A stretch of 52,448 nt of DNA from the NCBI GenBank assembly GCA_021432655.1, contig MU271325.1:39468-91915 (forward strand). The letters run 5' to 3'. This DNA comes from Atractiella rhizophila (Eukaryota). Shown in pieces: positions 49,805 to 52,448 of this stretch (position 1 is the first letter of the stretch; every line of letters starts with the position of its first letter). The notes below the pieces were generated by a model that was not told the origin of the DNA, did not search any database, and saw only the letters and a list, made by a program, of their open reading frames with translations. The position numbers were made by a program, and so were the translations under genes.

Positions 49805-51279
49805 TTAAGGCACCGCTAGTGCACTACATCCTTCGTTCGCGACTTCTGGCAGTAGGGATCGATTGGCTTGGTCCATTTTAAGGAGCCGGAGAAGCTCGAG
49901 AATTCTTTTGTCGATGGAGTTGAACTTGGTGATGATAACCTCTTTGTTGATCACCTAACCTCAGGTAAGTAGTTAGCTGGCAGACACGTAAGGCATACCT
50001 GATACTGCAGCATCTTCTTCCAATGGTATGCTTTCCAGTTGTTGTCCTTGGCCAGTTTTTTAGCTTCTACAAGCTGTGCCGTTGTATTCATGTCCAACAG
50101 TGGCCGCAGCTGCTCTACATCCTCGTGCAACTTCAATATTTCCTCTTGTGGCAGCCCACCAGTTTCCTCAACATTCTTCTTCGATCTCCCTCTCTTCTTC
50201 TTGCTCATACCAACTCCTTTTACCTGCCCCCCCTGTGCTAGAAGATATGGAACAGGTCGGATATCCAGAGTTTGAACTGGGAGTGCATATTTGGGTGTGC
50301 CAACCGGCTGTGGGTCGCTATGGGTTTGCTTGGGGAGCAGGAGACTAGGATCGGTGGGAGGAGGGAAACTGTGGTCAATATAGGGGGAAACGGGGTTGAT
50401 AGGAGGGAAACTGCAGTCGACAGGAGGTGGGGCATGGTCTGCAGACTGAGGCGGCGAGAATTCGTGGTTGATAGAAGAGAGAGTGTGCTCGATCGCAGGG
50501 AGAGTGGCGCTGGAAGAAGGTTGAGGAGGATGGAAACCGTTATCATCAGGAGGGGGATGGAGTGGAGAAATCTGATGTTGTTCGATTCGGGGATTCTTCT
50601 CATTTGTTACCTTGTTTGGAGTTGCGAAGGTTTTTCGATACATCATCTTCTCCTGCAACGCTATTGAATATTCGCCTTGCGCTATGGTGTTCTTGAGATC
50701 TTTCGCCAAACGTAAATCCTTTCCGGCCTGAATCAGCATATGCATCCTCTCATAAGAATAAGGAACGACACTTACATCCACAGCATTGCTGCCACCTCCG
50801 TCAAGCCAAGTTTCGACCAAACTCTCTGCCAGCCTCCCAATGCAGCCGAAATTCAAGAGTAAGGGCGTCACTTCAGCAGAATTAGGGTGTGCATCTTTCC
50901 ATCTCTTACACAACCGCTTTGAGACCATTGCGCCACGCAAAACAGCATGTAGAAGCTCCAAAATTGCCTTTCGAGAACCTACGTTCTCCCATCTCTTCAA
51001 GCGGAACAGAATCTCTTCTCCAAGGCTGTTATGGCCAAGCGTATCCCCTCGAGGACTGTTCTGCAGGTCTTCGGATGTGTACTGTTCGTCATCTGCGTCG
51101 ATCGGAAGATGGAAGTCGGATTCTGCAGAGTTTACGGCCACAAGGAGGCGTTTTGTAGCTGATTCAGTGAGGGTTTCGCTGGTAGCCTGGCTGAGAGGTA
51201 ACATGCCAGTTTCGACGAAGGTAGCCAGAATATTGAGGTTGATGGCAGTATCATCGTCTACACCCATCGCTTTGAGCAA
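49805..51279 (-). CDS. Hypothetical protein (orphan; Pro-rich middle; basic KKKRGRSKK stretch); upstream exons likely
   Basis: 442-codon ORF; GTATGC...GCTAAC...TTAG intron leads to a final exon VINKEVII...ALAVP* ending at 49805. No family recognised. Confidence 0.6.
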
Positions 51280-51571
51280 ATCTATCTACTTGTTATTTCA
51301 AGCACTGGTTGAAATGTAGAAATATCATACCAATTGATGCTACAATACTATCCGGTGCAGTGGCAGACTGTTTGTGCAGGTGATTCTTGCCTTGTATCAT
51401 CGTTTTGCCTCTGTGTGGGTCCTGGGGCAGGTCGGACTACACAGAAATCAGCATTATCTCATCATTTGAGGAGATCGAAAACGGACTATTGCTCTATACT
51501 TCTTTTTGGGTTTTGATGCCAACACTGTTGTTCCCGCTATGCCAATAGACCTACCAGCTTCACTGACATCA

Positions 51572-52446
51572 TCAGCTATGCAAGCCAAATAAGAGATGCA
51601 TACTTTCACTGTGATCTTCACATGAATCGTCTATCCGAATCCTTTTCTCACTCAATATAACAGGTCCCTCACTATCACTCTTTCGCTTCACTCCTCTCTT
51701 AACCATCCAGCTTCCTTTACCAGCCACTTGCTCACCCTGATTGCCGTCGTCATCATAGATGCTCCCACAGGTATTCCTCAGCACCGAAGTCACAAAGATG
51801 CGACTCATCCAGTCCGTCTTGCCAAGACAGAGGACAGTGCTGTAATCCAACTCGAGTTTGCGCAGGATGTTCGGAAGATATGTCATTTTGCAGATCCCAG
51901 TCTGGTTCTTGATCGATTTGGTAGTGTTGAGGTACGTTTTGGCGTAAAGGCTGGCGTCGTTTCGTATAACATCGGCAGTAGCCTGAGATAGTTGCGTAGC
52001 CCCAATGACAGTGTCGTCCGTTTCGTCGAATATAAGCCGGTGCAATACCCGAACTGGATCGAGGATATTGTTCTGGACTCCGGACGCGTAGCGGCAGCCG
52101 CTTGCTTTCGTTCCCAGAAGATCCCAAGCTTGTCCGCATCGTCCTGTCCTATGATTGGCCGGTATGCTTTCACTGGTTTTCTGATCCAATCTTCTTCTGA
52201 TACTTCAGCGATGGGATCTGTAAACTCTGTGGCCATGCCTTCTATGCGATCTTTCGATACGGAGTAGGTTGCTTTTGCAGGCAGAGGTGCCTTCCTAACC
52301 TTCTCAAGCTGGAGCTTTAATCGATCGACCTCTTCGTCCTTCTCCATATAGAACTTTTTCCACTTATCTTTATCAATCCTCTCCCTCTCCAACGCAGTCT
52401 CCACTTCAGCTAACTTTGACTCCAGCTCTTGGACATAAGGATTCAA
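51572..52446 (-). pseudogene. Hypothetical coiled-coil protein fragment with an apparent frameshift near 52080; truncated by the window edge; may belong to the same gene as 49805-51279
   Basis: Two overlapping ORFs (51883-52446 and 51572-52189) whose protein-like halves join only by a frame change; no intron-sized GT..AG at the switch. Confidence 0.45.
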
Positions 52447-52448
52447 GA

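Noticed and set aside
1..52448. Secondary-metabolite gene cluster or intact transposon
   Set aside because: No PKS, NRPS, terpene synthase, transposase, reverse transcriptase or integrase motifs were seen in the window.

Overview
Eukaryotic, intron-rich fungal genomic DNA. Short 42-60 nt introns, a FunK1 kinase, DUF6533-like membrane proteins and a Don1-type GEF point to a basidiomycete; the taxon is my inference. Genes left to right: betaine lipid synthase BTA1 (+), LigB/DODA-type extradiol dioxygenase (+), ferric reductase (-), DUF6533-like membrane protein (+), a 25-N gap, a second copy of the preceding ~7.5 kb, class III G-protein alpha subunit (-), frameshifted FunK1 kinase (+), intron-containing tRNA-Val(AAC) (-), LIM/TESK-like kinase with a C1 domain (-) divergent from a DH-PH-FYVE RhoGEF (+), a DUF6533-like paralog (+), DUF89/ARMT1-like phosphatase (-), RNAi-type RNA-dependent RNA polymerase (-), a Ser/Thr-rich single-pass surface protein (-), and orphan ORFs running off the right edge. 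The most unusual locus is the RdRP. It carries a 1525-bp frameshifting internal tandem duplication that one exon-skipping splice would exactly undo, and its catalytic DLDGD motif is split by a stop-free, in-frame 42-nt intron. The window has three tandem duplications and several single-base frameshifts, so assembly artefacts (for example two haplotypes of a dikaryon) are a serious alternative for several findings. I cannot claim a proven new system from the sequence alone. Exon boundaries were read by eye and some start codons are approximate.
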